Source: Vicinamibacterales bacterium
GTDB lineage: Bacteria > Acidobacteriota > Vicinamibacteria > Vicinamibacterales > JAKQTR01
Length of the DNA stretch: 64,000 nt
NCBI GenBank assembly: GCA_025456345.1
Contig: JALOKU010000002.1
Span: 70,024-134,023, forward strand
Direction of reading: 5' to 3'
Shown: piece by piece, positions 34,505 to 43,736 of the stretch
Numbering within the stretch: the stretch's first letter is position 1
Layout of the letters: each line of letters starts with the position of its first letter
Notes under the pieces: model-generated
Told to the model about the DNA's origin: nothing
Seen by the model: the letters and a program-made list of their open reading frames with translations, nothing else
The model's database searches: none
Position numbers and translations under genes: made by a program

Positions 34505-37297
34505 ATGCGACGCACGGACGAATCGGGCATGGCGCTGGTCTCCACGCTGTTGGTGATGATGGCGTTGTCGGCGCTGCTGGTGGGCTTCTACGCCGTCATC
34601 GCCGCCGATGAGCAGGCCGGCGGGATCAATCGCGACCAGACCCAGGCCTACGCTGCTGCCCACGCCGGGCTGGAGAAGCTCACCGCGGACCTCGGCGCCC
34701 TGTTCGTCGGGGGCAATTTCAGCCCGACTGCCGCCCAGGTCAACGCCTTGACGACCGCTCCGCCGACCCTGCCGGGTTTCGCCTTCGTAGCGCCCGGCGG
34801 CGCCCCCGGTTACACGATCACCCCTGGCGCCGTCGTCACCGCGACGATCCCCAACGGGCCGTTCCAAGGTCTGAGAGGACTCATCACGCCCTACGTCATC
34901 AACGTCACGGCGCGGTCCTCGTGGGGGACGCTTGGCAACGCCGAGGCGCGGATGCGCCGCGAGATCCAGACCGTGGCGGTGCCGGTGTTTCAGTTCGGCA
35001 TCTACTCGGAGAACGATCTGAGCTTCTTCGCCGGGCCGAATTTCGATTTCGGAGGCCGGGTCCATTCCAACGCCAACGTCTACCTGGCGCAGGATGGGAG
35101 CGCCACGCTCACCATTCGAGACGTGCTGACGGCTGTTGGCGAAGTGGTCCGTACTCATCTGGCCAACGGGCTGCCGATCTCGACGAGCGGCCACCGCGGC
35201 TACGTCAGCGTGGCCACCACCGGCGGATCCACCCCGACGTTCCGCCGCCTGAGCTGCGGCGCAATGGGCGGCAACTGCGGCGGCGGCACGCAGGAAGGCA
35301 GCGTCACGGTGGCCAGCGTGCCCCCAAGCGTCCTGCAGATGGTGGCCGGGACTCCGACCATGGTCCTGGAGGCGGGAAACACGCCGAATGACCCCACGTG
35401 GGCCACGGTGGCCACCGGCACGTATTCGAACCGGATCCGCAACGGGGCAACCGGTGCGCGCCGGCTCGACCTGCCCCTGGTCAGCGACGGTGCGACACCC
35501 GTCGATTTGATCCGCCGCCCGTCTCTGACGGTGCCGGATTCGCAGGCGGTACTCGACCAGCGGTTCTTCTCGATGGCCAGCCTGCGGATCCTGCTCTCCG
35601 ACCGCGCGGCCGACATCACCGGGCTGCAGACCGTCACGGCCACTCCGCCCGTCGATCTGGCGCGGCTGTCGATCGACCCCGTCTACCGGGCAGACCCGAA
35701 TGGCCTCGGGGTCGCGGTCACCTGGGTGAATGGCGTCCCTCTAGCGCTGGCCGGGACCTACGCGGCGGCCAACGGCTATGGGTATCGCGTGCCGGTGGGC
35801 ACCCCGCTTGCCGACGGGTTCCTGAAGATCGAACGCCAGACGCGCGGCGGGGTCTGGTCCGACGTGACCGTGGAAATCCTCAACCGCGGCTTCACCGGGC
35901 GCAACCTGGCGAACGCCAACGCGTGGAACAGCGCGGGCACGACGTGCGCGACGGCCGGCAACGCCGACGATCCCAGTCCCGATGCGGTCATCAGGCTGCA
36001 GCGCGTCCGCGACAATCCTTCAGCGGGTTTCACCGTTTGCGGCCACGCGGCTGGGGGGGCGTGGTCCACGCTTCCCACCGACTACCTGCCGCTGGTGCTC
36101 TACGATGCCCGCGAGGGCGCGCGGCGCGATGATGCCGCCGGCGCGGGCGCCAACCCGTTGCTGGGCGGCGTGATGCACTACGCCGAACTCGACGTCAACA
36201 ACCTGCGGGTCTGGCTGGCGACCCATGCCGACACGATGGACGTCACGGGCTTTGTCGTCTACTTCTCTGATCGCCGCGGCAACAAGAACCTCGGCGTGGA
36301 CGGCGCCGCCAACGGTCGCGCCGGCGCGGATGGCGTGCTGTACACCGGCGACGATTTCGGCGACGATCGCGAGACGGGCGAACTGGGGTTCGAGGACGTG
36401 ATCAACCCCGCCTCGGCGCAGAGTGTGGCCAACGGCGCGCTCGACACCGGTGAGGACGTCAACGGGAACGGCGCGCTGGACGTGTATGGGGGGACGCCGA
36501 GGCTGTACCCGCCGCTCGGCACGGCCTTCCGCATGGCGACCGTCCCGGCATGGGCGCCGGCGGCCGGCGCGGCGGGCGCCTGGATGGAGGGCGCCGCGAC
36601 CCTGCTCACGACGGCCGTGACGGTGAACGACGCGCGGGTCAACCCGCCGGTGTTCTTCCGCCGTGCGATCAAACTCGTCAACGGCGGCTACACGGCTGGC
36701 AACATCAGGTTGCCGCGCAACGGCACGCAGGGACTCTCGGTCGTGGCCGAGAACCCGCTCTACGTGCAAGGGAACTACAACGCGCCGGATGCCGCGGGCA
36801 CCGCCTTCGGCACCACGCCTGGCACGGACCACGTGTCCGCATCGGTCATCGCCGACGCCGTCACCTTCCTGTCGAACAACTTCAACGACATCCGGTCGTT
36901 CATGTCGCCGCACAACGTCACCGTCAACCGCGCGGCCTCGACCACCTTCTACCGGGTGGCGGTGATCTCGGGAAAGACGATCAACTTCCCGAGGCCGACG
37001 ACCAACGGGCAGGACCACACCGACTTCGGCACCGACGGCGGGGCGCACAACTTCCTGCGCTACATCGAGAACTGGGGCGGGCAAGCGCTCAACTACAGGG
37101 GCTCCATCGTCAGCTTCTACATCAACCGGCAGGCCGTGGGCACCTACAAGTGCTGCGACGTGGTTTACTCGCCGCCAGGCCGCGGCTACAACTTCGACAC
37201 GGACTTCCTGACGCCCGCGTTGCTGCCGCCGCGGACGCCGATGTTCCGCGACATCAACACGCTGACGTTCCGCCAGTTGCTGCGGCCCACCCAGTAG
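34505..37297 (+). CDS. large PilX-N-terminal-domain protein (930 aa), pilus-associated
   Basis: Start MRRTDESGMALVSTLLVMMALSALLVGFY after GGGAGGAAAGG, like the PilX N-terminal anchor and with no GFTLIE motif. The long C-terminal region has an Asp/Gly-rich calcium-site-like stretch DTGEDVNGNGALD (36443-36481). Alternative starts at 34430 and 34442. Confidence 0.65.
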   Translation: MRRTDESGMALVSTLLVMMALSALLVGFYAVIAADEQAGGINRDQTQAYAAAHAGLEKLTADLGALFVGGNFSPTAAQVNALTTAPPTLPGFAFVAPGGAPGYTITPGAVVTATIPNGPFQGLRGLITPYVINVTARSSWGTLGNAEARMRREIQTVAVPVFQFGIYSENDLSFFAGPNFDFGGRVHSNANVYLAQDGSATLTIRDVLTAVGEVVRTHLANGLPISTSGHRGYVSVATTGGSTPTFRRLSCGAMGGNCGGGTQEGSVTVASVPPSVLQMVAGTPTMVLEAGNTPNDPTWATVATGTYSNRIRNGATGARRLDLPLVSDGATPVDLIRRPSLTVPDSQAVLDQRFFSMASLRILLSDRAADITGLQTVTATPPVDLARLSIDPVYRADPNGLGVAVTWVNGVPLALAGTYAAANGYGYRVPVGTPLADGFLKIERQTRGGVWSDVTVEILNRGFTGRNLANANAWNSAGTTCATAGNADDPSPDAVIRLQRVRDNPSAGFTVCGHAAGGAWSTLPTDYLPLVLYDAREGARRDDAAGAGANPLLGGVMHYAELDVNNLRVWLATHADTMDVTGFVVYFSDRRGNKNLGVDGAANGRAGADGVLYTGDDFGDDRETGELGFEDVINPASAQSVANGALDTGEDVNGNGALDVYGGTPRLYPPLGTAFRMATVPAWAPAAGAAGAWMEGAATLLTTAVTVNDARVNPPVFFRRAIKLVNGGYTAGNIRLPRNGTQGLSVVAENPLYVQGNYNAPDAAGTAFGTTPGTDHVSASVIADAVTFLSNNFNDIRSFMSPHNVTVNRAASTTFYRVAVISGKTINFPRPTTNGQDHTDFGTDGGAHNFLRYIENWGGQALNYRGSIVSFYINRQAVGTYKCCDVVYSPPGRGYNFDTDFLTPALLPPRTPMFRDINTLTFRQLLRPTQ

Positions 37298-37326
37298 CGA
37301 GGGCCGGTTCTGAATACCGCTGTGGC

Positions 37327-37352
37327 GCGCGGCCGGCAGGCGCCGGCCGCGC
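37327..37352. terminator. strong GC hairpin between convergent genes (bidirectional terminator candidate)
   Basis: Perfect 11-bp stem GCGCGGCCGGC / GCCGGCCGCGC with a 4-nt loop AGGC. No U-tract. Confidence 0.45.
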
Positions 37353-37401
37353 CGCTCAGCACCCCCGGCGAATCAGCGGTGTGCACCCGCGGCACGGGCG
37401 G

Positions 37402-38835
37402 TTATCTCCCGACGTGGAGGTCAATCACCCGCTCGATGGCCCGCCGGCACACGCGGCAGAAGCCCACCTCGTCGCGCGTGAACATGATGCAGTCCGCCTC
37501 GGGTCGATAGAGTCCCCTCGGCTCATACGACGCCCCCTCGAAGGCGCCCACCTTGCCGGAGTGCGTCATCGACGAGAGGAACTTCGTTTCCCACGCTTGC
37601 TGCGTGGTGAACAGCGCGTCCATCGCCGATTCGGGCGCGGCGGCGGCGCGGAGGCGCCGGCGCTCGGCCTGAATCTCGGCCGACCGCTTTTCGTAGGCCT
37701 CCTTGCTCCAGGGCGTCGGCAGCGGCGTGCCGGGCTCGACCAGGTCCTTCCATTTCAGCGCCGCCGGGTCGTGCAGCGCCGTGACGTTCGGCTCCCACGG
37801 CTCGACCTTCTCCGCGGCGCCTGTCTCGTACGCGACGTCGGACGTGTAGTACTCGTCGCCCAGGCCCGCGAAGTGATGGCCGAACTCGTGCACGAAGATG
37901 TAGTCCGCCGAGCCGCTGTCCACCGCCACGGCCGCATGGTCGTTGAAGATGCCGCCCCCGCCGTAGTAGCGGTTGTTGATCAGAATCTGGACCGCGTCGT
38001 ACGGCGCGGCCGACGCCACGTCGCGCCACCCGCGGTTGTCGAGGGCGAGGGCGTAGCGCTCGCTGTCGAACACGTTGAACGCCGTTCCCACGATTGTCCG
38101 GCGCATCTCGCCGGTTCGGGGGTTGTGCACGCCGCTCTGCGCCGTCGGCACCGCGATCGCGCGCACGTTGAAGTCGCCGCGCCGGCTCTTGTACGGTTCG
38201 AGCGCGAACATCCGTTCGACGAGCCGCTTCGCATCGGCCTGGAACTTGGCCATCTCGGCCCCGGTGTAGCCGTCGCCGATGAGCAGCACGTCGACCTTCA
38301 CGTCGGCGGGCCCGCTCTCCCACAGGGTCCAGGCCGTTGCCGCCGGGGCGAGGCGGGCCCGGTTCACCTGCCGCGACGCCGGGTCGATGACGGCGGACCA
38401 GAACTGGTGAAACGCGTTGAGGTGGTCACGCCTCTTCAACACGACCTGCACCGGCTGCTTCGGCCACGGGAACCGGAGCGATGCGGAGAAGGTCCGATGC
38501 ACGTCCTTCGCCTCCGCCGTCGTCTCCCATTCGCCATACAGGTTCGCGAACCCGCGCGAATAGATCACCCGGTTCGTGCCGCGGTCGATCACCTCGAACA
38601 GGTACTTCCCCAGGTTCGTTTCGTCCACGAGGTTGACGCGGCTGCCAGGCCAGGGGCCGTCGTTGACGGCACGGTCGAGGGCGACGGCTTCGATGCCGCG
38701 CCCTCCCGTCTGGAGGTAGTCCACACGCATCGTCTCGCTGGTGAACGCGGCGTCGTACGGTGCGACGGACCCGAGCGGGCGCCCGACGGCCAGGACACCG
38801 GCGAGCATGGCGACTCCGAACAGTACGCGGCGCAT
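37402..38835 (-). CDS. M64 family metallopeptidase (IgA peptidase M64-like), secreted
   Basis: ATG at 38835 after GGAGG, with signal peptide MRRVLFGVAMLAGVLAV. HEFGHHFAGLGDEY zinc motif. Confidence 0.85.
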   Translation of the reverse strand: MRRVLFGVAMLAGVLAVGRPLGSVAPYDAAFTSETMRVDYLQTGGRGIEAVALDRAVNDGPWPGSRVNLVDETNLGKYLFEVIDRGTNRVIYSRGFANLYGEWETTAEAKDVHRTFSASLRFPWPKQPVQVVLKRRDHLNAFHQFWSAVIDPASRQVNRARLAPAATAWTLWESGPADVKVDVLLIGDGYTGAEMAKFQADAKRLVERMFALEPYKSRRGDFNVRAIAVPTAQSGVHNPRTGEMRRTIVGTAFNVFDSERYALALDNRGWRDVASAAPYDAVQILINNRYYGGGGIFNDHAAVAVDSGSADYIFVHEFGHHFAGLGDEYYTSDVAYETGAAEKVEPWEPNVTALHDPAALKWKDLVEPGTPLPTPWSKEAYEKRSAEIQAERRRLRAAAAPESAMDALFTTQQAWETKFLSSMTHSGKVGAFEGASYEPRGLYRPEADCIMFTRDEVGFCRVCRRAIERVIDLHVGR

Positions 38836-38905
38836 GATGAGCCTCCGTGGCCGGGGCCGAAGCGCCCCGGACCGGCGCAGTATAGCGTGGAGCCCACGAT
38901 GCCGG

Positions 38906-38911
38906 TAGAAT
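38906..38911 (+). promoter_or_regulatory. candidate -10 element TAGAAT upstream of the NlpE/META gene
   Basis: ccggTAGAATggcgc, 50 nt upstream of the ATG at 38962. Same hexamer as at 42744 and 47256. Confidence 0.3.
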
Positions 38912-38961
38912 GGCGCTCCGCTGCTCGACGCGGCGGCGGCCGGGCCGGAGGGAGGATCCCG

Positions 38962-40062
38962 ATGCGTTCTCAGGTGGTGACGCTCGTCGTGGTCGCGCTC
39001 GTGGGGCTGGCGGTGCCGGGCGAGACGCGGGCCCCGGCCGTCATGGGCACGCTGGCGGCCGAGCAGCCACCGCTGCCGGCCGCGGTGAGCCAGCTGCCCG
39101 CCAGCTTCACCGGCGACCTGCCGTGCGCCGACTGCGAGGGCATTCGCTACCGCCTCAATCTGTTTCCCGACGGGGCTTTCTACCTCGGCATGACGTACCT
39201 CGGGAAGGGAGACGGCGCAGCCTTTGACGATATCGGCACCTGGATGCTGTCGAGCAATCGGCAGGTGCTGGTGCTGAAGGGCGGACGCGAGGCCTCGACC
39301 CTCTTTCGGATCGTCAACGCGAAGACGCTCCGCAAGCTCGACCTCGAGGGGCGCGACATCGAGTCGGCCCTGCCCTATGCGATTACGCGGACAGCGGCGT
39401 TCGAGCGACTGGAACCGAAGCTGCCGATGCGCGGGATGTTCCGCTACATGGCAGATGCGGGGCTCTTCACGGAGTGCTCGACCGGGCAGCGCTGGCCGGT
39501 GGCCCAGGAGGCCGACAACGCCACCCTCGAGCGTGAGTACTCGAAGGTCCGGAAGGACCCTGGCGGCCCGGTGCTGGTGGGCGTCGAGGGGCGGATCGCC
39601 ATGCGGCCGAAGATGGAAGGGCCGGGCCTGGAGCCGGCGCTCGTGCCCGAGCGGTTCGTTGGCGCGTTTCCGGGCGAGGCCTGCGGCCCTCGCCCCGCGC
39701 CGGCGGCGCTCGACGGCGCGTCCTGGACGCTCACGCGCCTGGATGATGTCGCCGTCGTGCCGACCACCCAGCCGCGAGAGGTGTTTCTCGCTTTCGACCT
39801 GAACGCCATGCGCGTCTCGGGGTCGGGCGGCTGCAACCGGATTACGGGCTCCTTCACCCGCGCCGCGATCGACGGAATCACCGTCGGACTCATGGCGGGC
39901 ACGAGGATGGCCTGCGCGGACGGCATGGAGGTCGAGGCCGCCTTCCTGAAGGCGCTGTCCCACGTCAGGACATACAACATCCTCGGGACGATCCTCGAGA
40001 TGTACGACGCGGCCGGGACGCTCGTCGCCAGGTTCGAGGCACGGGCGGCGGCTGCGAAGTAG
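38962..40062 (+). CDS. secreted protein with NlpE N-terminal-like domain and META (HslJ-like) domain
   Basis: Signal peptide. GDLPCADCEGIRYRL resembles the NlpE/CutF N-domain CxxC segment. The C-terminal ASWTLTRLDD...GGCNRITGSF resembles a META domain. Confidence 0.7.
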   Translation: MRSQVVTLVVVALVGLAVPGETRAPAVMGTLAAEQPPLPAAVSQLPASFTGDLPCADCEGIRYRLNLFPDGAFYLGMTYLGKGDGAAFDDIGTWMLSSNRQVLVLKGGREASTLFRIVNAKTLRKLDLEGRDIESALPYAITRTAAFERLEPKLPMRGMFRYMADAGLFTECSTGQRWPVAQEADNATLEREYSKVRKDPGGPVLVGVEGRIAMRPKMEGPGLEPALVPERFVGAFPGEACGPRPAPAALDGASWTLTRLDDVAVVPTTQPREVFLAFDLNAMRVSGSGGCNRITGSFTRAAIDGITVGLMAGTRMACADGMEVEAAFLKALSHVRTYNILGTILEMYDAAGTLVARFEARAAAAK

Positions 40063-40128
40063 AAGCCGGACTCCCGTCTTCTTGCGTCTGACCGTCGCCA
40101 GCGGGCCCTTCTGACTTCTTGCTTCTAG
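40059..40128 (+). repeat. degenerate AGAAGCA-flavour element (module only, no long array)
   Basis: gTAGAAGCCGG...CGTCTGACCGTCGCCAGCGGGCCCTTCTGACTTCTTGCTTCTAG aligns with the conserved module of the family. Begins on the TAG stop at 40060-40062. Confidence 0.7.
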
Positions 40129-40159
40129 AGGCCGCGAGTGTCCCAGGCCCGCTCGCGGT

Positions 40160-41044
40160 ATGATCCCCAAGCGAGGGCCAATGTTCGGACGACAGACGAC
40201 CGGGTCGGTGGTGTGCACGTCGTGCGGGCGCCTGGTGGGCGTCAACGACGAGACCTGCTACAACTGCGGGCGCAGGAACCCGGGCTTGTGGGGGTTTGGC
40301 CCCCTCCTGCGCAAGCTGGGCAACGACCTGGGGTTCGTGCCCCTGGTCATGTGGGGATCGACCGGGCTTTACGTCGCCATGCTGCTCATGTCGGGCAGCG
40401 GGATCCGGATGAACGGCCTGTTCTCCTTTCTCGCGCCGAGCACGCCGAGCCTGTTCCTGTTCGGCGCAAGCGGCGGCATCCCGGTATTTCAGTACGACCG
40501 GTGGTGGACCGTCCTGAGCGCTGGCTGGCTGCACAGCGGCGTGCTGCACATTCTCTTCAACATGATGTGGGTGCGGCAGCTCGGTCCTGCCTGCGCCGAT
40601 CTCTACGGTGCCGGCCGGATGATCCTGATTTACACCGTGGCTGGTGTGACCGGGTTCGCCGCAAGTTCAGTGGCGTGGGTGTTCTTCGGCGGGATTCCGA
40701 TTCTCGGCGGCGCCGGCTTCACCGTCGGCGCCTCGGCGCCCATCTTCGGCCTGCTCGGCGCCATCGTGCTGTACGGCCAGCGCTCCGGCAGCAGCATGAC
40801 GAAGCGGGAAGGCCTGCAGTACGCGCTGATGCTCGGCGTGTTCGGCCTGATTATGCCCGGCATCGACAACTGGGCGCACGCGGGCGGGTTCGCCGGCGGC
40901 TGGCTGATGGCGAAGATCCTCGACCCGCTCAAGCCCGAGCGGATGGACCACCTGGCGCTTGCCGTCGGATGCGTGTTTGTGACGATGCTCTCGATTGCGG
41001 CCTCGATCCTCCACGGCCTTTCGATCTTCGCCGCCGCGCGCTAG
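40160..41044 (+). CDS. rhomboid family intramembrane serine protease with N-terminal zinc-ribbon
   Basis: CTSCGRLVGVNDETCYNCG ribbon. Polytopic body with GASAPIFGLLGA (catalytic Ser) and a later AHAGGF His. The alternative start ATG at 40181 has the better SD (GAGGG). Confidence 0.85.
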   Translation: MIPKRGPMFGRQTTGSVVCTSCGRLVGVNDETCYNCGRRNPGLWGFGPLLRKLGNDLGFVPLVMWGSTGLYVAMLLMSGSGIRMNGLFSFLAPSTPSLFLFGASGGIPVFQYDRWWTVLSAGWLHSGVLHILFNMMWVRQLGPACADLYGAGRMILIYTVAGVTGFAASSVAWVFFGGIPILGGAGFTVGASAPIFGLLGAIVLYGQRSGSSMTKREGLQYALMLGVFGLIMPGIDNWAHAGGFAGGWLMAKILDPLKPERMDHLALAVGCVFVTMLSIAASILHGLSIFAAAR

Positions 41045-41062
41045 CCGCTCTCGGAAGGACCT

Positions 41063-41094
41063 CGGGGGCGGCGCGCCGCAGCGTGCCACCCCCG
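41063..41094. terminator. GC-rich hairpin between convergent rhomboid and pepD genes
   Basis: CGGGGG (41063-41068) pairs with CCCCCG (41089-41094). Inner 6-bp stem 41070-41075 / 41082-41087 with a 6-nt loop. Hand-folded. Confidence 0.4.
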
Positions 41095-41097
41095 TCC

Positions 41098-41130
41098 GGC
41101 TAGCCCCTAGCGCCTAGCCCCTAGTCCCTA
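41098..41130. repeat. heptamer array, AGCCCCT/CTAG flavour (about 5 units), one arm
   Basis: ggctagc ccctagc gcctagc ccctagt ccctac. On the minus strand the first unit is the TAG stop codon of pepD (41128-41130). Confidence 0.85.
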
Positions 41131-42582
41131 CTTCACGGTCTTCAATATCGCCATCAGGAAGTCCCAGTACTTCTCGACCGTGTCGATGTAGATCTTCTCG
41201 TCGGGCGAGTGTACGCCCTCGAGCGTCGGCCCGAACGACACCATGTCCATGCCGGGGTACTTCTCGCCGATGATGCCGCACTCGAGGCCGGCGTGCACCG
41301 CCTTGACCTCGGCCTCCTTGCCGTAGAGCTGCTTGTAGGTGGCAATCGCCGTCTTCAAGATTGGCGAGTCGAGGTTTGGCTTCCAGCCCGGGTAGCCGTC
41401 GGACCCGGTCACCGTGGCGCCGGCCAGCTCGAAGATGGCGCGGACGCCGTCGGCGATCTCGACGATCTCCGACGCCACCGAACTGCGCTGGCTGGTCGAG
41501 ACCGCGATCCCCTTCTTGTCCGTCGTGATGACGCCGAGGTTGGTGGAGGTTTCGACCAGGCCCGGGATGTCGGCGCTCATCTTCACCACGCCGTGCGGCA
41601 GCCCCGCGAGCGCCATCGTCAGCTTCTTCTGCACGCCCTTCTTGACGACTTTGCAGCGGCCCTTGAACGGTGCCGCGGTGATCTCGAGCGACGGGTCGAC
41701 CGACGCCGAGAGCTCCGCGCGGCAGACATCGTGCATCGCCGAGACGATCGCCTTGGCCTCGTCGAGTTTCTTCTTCGGGACGAAGACCAGCGCGACGGCG
41801 TCGCGGGGGATGGCGTTGCGCTTGTTGCCGCCGTCGATGCGGGCGAGCCTCGCGCCGAGCGGCGCCAGCCTCAGCAGCACCCGGTTGAGCACCTTGATGG
41901 CGTTGCCGCGGCCCTTGTCGATCTCGAGGCCCGAGTGGCCCCCGCGCAGCCCGCCCACCTTGATTTCGAGCCCCACCGTGCCGGCCGGCGCGGCCTCCGT
42001 CTCGAGCGCCCACGTGCCCATGGTGTCGCGCCCGCCCGAGCACCCGACGTAGAGGGCGCCCTCTTCCTCCGAGTCGAGGTTGAGGAGGGTCCGGCTCTGC
42101 AGGAAGCCGGGCTGCAGGCTGTGCGCGCCGGTGAGGCCCGTCTCTTCGTCAATCGTGAAGAGGAACTCGAGCGGCCCGTGGACGAGCGATGCGTCCGCCA
42201 TGATCGCGAGGCTTGTCGCCACGGCCACGCCGTTGTCGGCCCCGAGCGTCGTGCCGTCGGCCATCATCGTGTTGCCCTTGCGGACCAGCGTGATGGGATC
42301 CTTCAGGAAGTCGTGCGTCTTGTCGGGGCGCTTCTCGGGAACCATGTCCAGGTGCCCCTGCAGGCAGACCATCGGGCGGTCCTCGTAGCCCTTCGACGCG
42401 GGCTTGCGCACGACCACCGTGCCGGCGGTGTCCTGGGCGAACTCGAGCCCCAGCTTCCTGGCGGTGCCGACGACGAACGCCGCCACGGCGGCCTCGTGTT
42501 TCGAGGGGCGCGGGATCTTCGAGATCTCGGCGAAGTACTTCCACAATCCGGCGGGTTTCAGTCCATCAATCGCGTTCGACAT
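41128..42582 (-). CDS. pepD: aminoacyl-histidine dipeptidase (Xaa-His dipeptidase, M20C)
   Basis: ATG at 42582 after AAGGAG. LKPAGLWKYFAEISKIPRPSKHE and GHLDMVPEK motifs typical of PepD. 484 aa. Confidence 0.9.
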   Translation of the reverse strand: MSNAIDGLKPAGLWKYFAEISKIPRPSKHEAAVAAFVVGTARKLGLEFAQDTAGTVVVRKPASKGYEDRPMVCLQGHLDMVPEKRPDKTHDFLKDPITLVRKGNTMMADGTTLGADNGVAVATSLAIMADASLVHGPLEFLFTIDEETGLTGAHSLQPGFLQSRTLLNLDSEEEGALYVGCSGGRDTMGTWALETEAAPAGTVGLEIKVGGLRGGHSGLEIDKGRGNAIKVLNRVLLRLAPLGARLARIDGGNKRNAIPRDAVALVFVPKKKLDEAKAIVSAMHDVCRAELSASVDPSLEITAAPFKGRCKVVKKGVQKKLTMALAGLPHGVVKMSADIPGLVETSTNLGVITTDKKGIAVSTSQRSSVASEIVEIADGVRAIFELAGATVTGSDGYPGWKPNLDSPILKTAIATYKQLYGKEAEVKAVHAGLECGIIGEKYPGMDMVSFGPTLEGVHSPDEKIYIDTVEKYWDFLMAILKTVK

Positions 42583-42628
42583 AAGACCGGCTCCTTTGTC
42601 AGGCGGGGCAGCATGAATGTACCACACC

Positions 42629-42749
42629 AGGGGCTAGGGGCTGGGCGCTGGGCGCTAGTCAGCCCGGCCGTCACGCCGGCACGTCACCCATGCGGCGATA
42701 GCCGCATCCGACTAGCCCCTAGCCCCCAGTCCCTAGCCCCTACTAGAAT
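42629..42749. repeat. heptamer-array inverted-repeat element, AGGGGCT/AGCCCCT flavour, in divergent promoter region
   Basis: Left arm aggggct aggggct gggcgct gggcgct (42629-42656). Core with hairpin ATGCGGC-GATA-GCCGCAT (42690-42707). Right arm agcccct agccccc agtccct agcccct (42714-42741) running into TAGAAT. Confidence 0.9.
42744..42749 (+). promoter_or_regulatory. candidate -10 element TAGAAT, 6 nt upstream of the aminopeptidase ATG (possible leaderless mRNA)
   Basis: TAGAAT-GCCCCA-ATG with no SD between. The block CTA(C/G)TAGAATGCCCC recurs at 47253-47266. Confidence 0.4.
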
Positions 42750-42755
42750 GCCCCA

Positions 42756-43718
42756 ATGACCATTTCTCCCGAACTCCAGTCCGCCGCACTCATCGCCGTC
42801 AGAGACTGCATGGGCGTGCAGCCGGGCGAGCGCGTGCTCGTCGTCACGGACGCGCCGCTGCGCACCATCGGGTACGCGACGTTCGAGGCCGCCCGCGGCC
42901 TTGGCAACGACGCCCTCATCGTCGAGATGCCGCCTCGCAAGACGAACGGCGAGGAGCCGCCGCCGGAGGTGGCCGCGCTCATGCTGCAGTTCGACGTCGT
43001 GCTGTGCCCGACGTCGAAGTCGCTCACCCACACGGACTCGCGCCGCAACGCCAGCGCCAAGGGCGTCCGCGTGGCGACGCTGCCCGGGGTGACCGAGGAA
43101 GTCATGATCCGCTGCATGAACGCGGATTACCACGAGATCGCCGCGCGCACCTTCCGCATCTGCGACGTCATGCGCGCCACGAAGGTGATTCGCGTCACGG
43201 CGCCGGCCGGCACGAACATCGTCATGCCCATCGAGGGCAGGGAGGCCCACGCCAGCTCGGGCGTGTTCCGCGAAAAAGGCCTGTGGGGCAACTTGCCGAC
43301 GGGCGAGGCCTACCTCGCGCCGCTCGAGGGGCGGTCGAACGGCGTGGTGGTGGTGGACGGCTCGATGGCCTCGGTCGGCATGGTCGACGAGCCCATCCGC
43401 ATCGTGGTCGAGGACGGCTACGCGACAACCATCACCGGCGGCGCATCGGCGCGAAAGCTCATTGAATTGCTCGAGCCGCACGGCAAGGACGGCCGGACCG
43501 TGGCCGAGTTCGGCATCGGCACCAACGACAAGGCCATTCTCACCGGCATCATCCTCGAGGACGAGAAGGTGATGGGGACCATCCACATCGCCTTTGGCGA
43601 CAACAAGTCGATGGGCGGCACCGTGCGCGTGGCCAGCCACCTCGACGGCCTGGTCAAGCAGCCGACCGTCTGGTTCGACGACCGGATCGTCATGGAGGAC
43701 GGCAAGCTGCTCATCTGA
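42756..43718 (+). CDS. M29-like aminopeptidase family protein
   Basis: 320 aa. The pattern ...VLVVTD...GNLPTGEAY..APLEG..NGVVVVDGS...EFGIGTN...HIAFGDN resembles aminopeptidase T/S (M29) family proteins. Confidence 0.75.
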   Translation: MTISPELQSAALIAVRDCMGVQPGERVLVVTDAPLRTIGYATFEAARGLGNDALIVEMPPRKTNGEEPPPEVAALMLQFDVVLCPTSKSLTHTDSRRNASAKGVRVATLPGVTEEVMIRCMNADYHEIAARTFRICDVMRATKVIRVTAPAGTNIVMPIEGREAHASSGVFREKGLWGNLPTGEAYLAPLEGRSNGVVVVDGSMASVGMVDEPIRIVVEDGYATTITGGASARKLIELLEPHGKDGRTVAEFGIGTNDKAILTGIILEDEKVMGTIHIAFGDNKSMGGTVRVASHLDGLVKQPTVWFDDRIVMEDGKLLI

Positions 43719-43736
43719 CGGCGATGACCGACCGGC

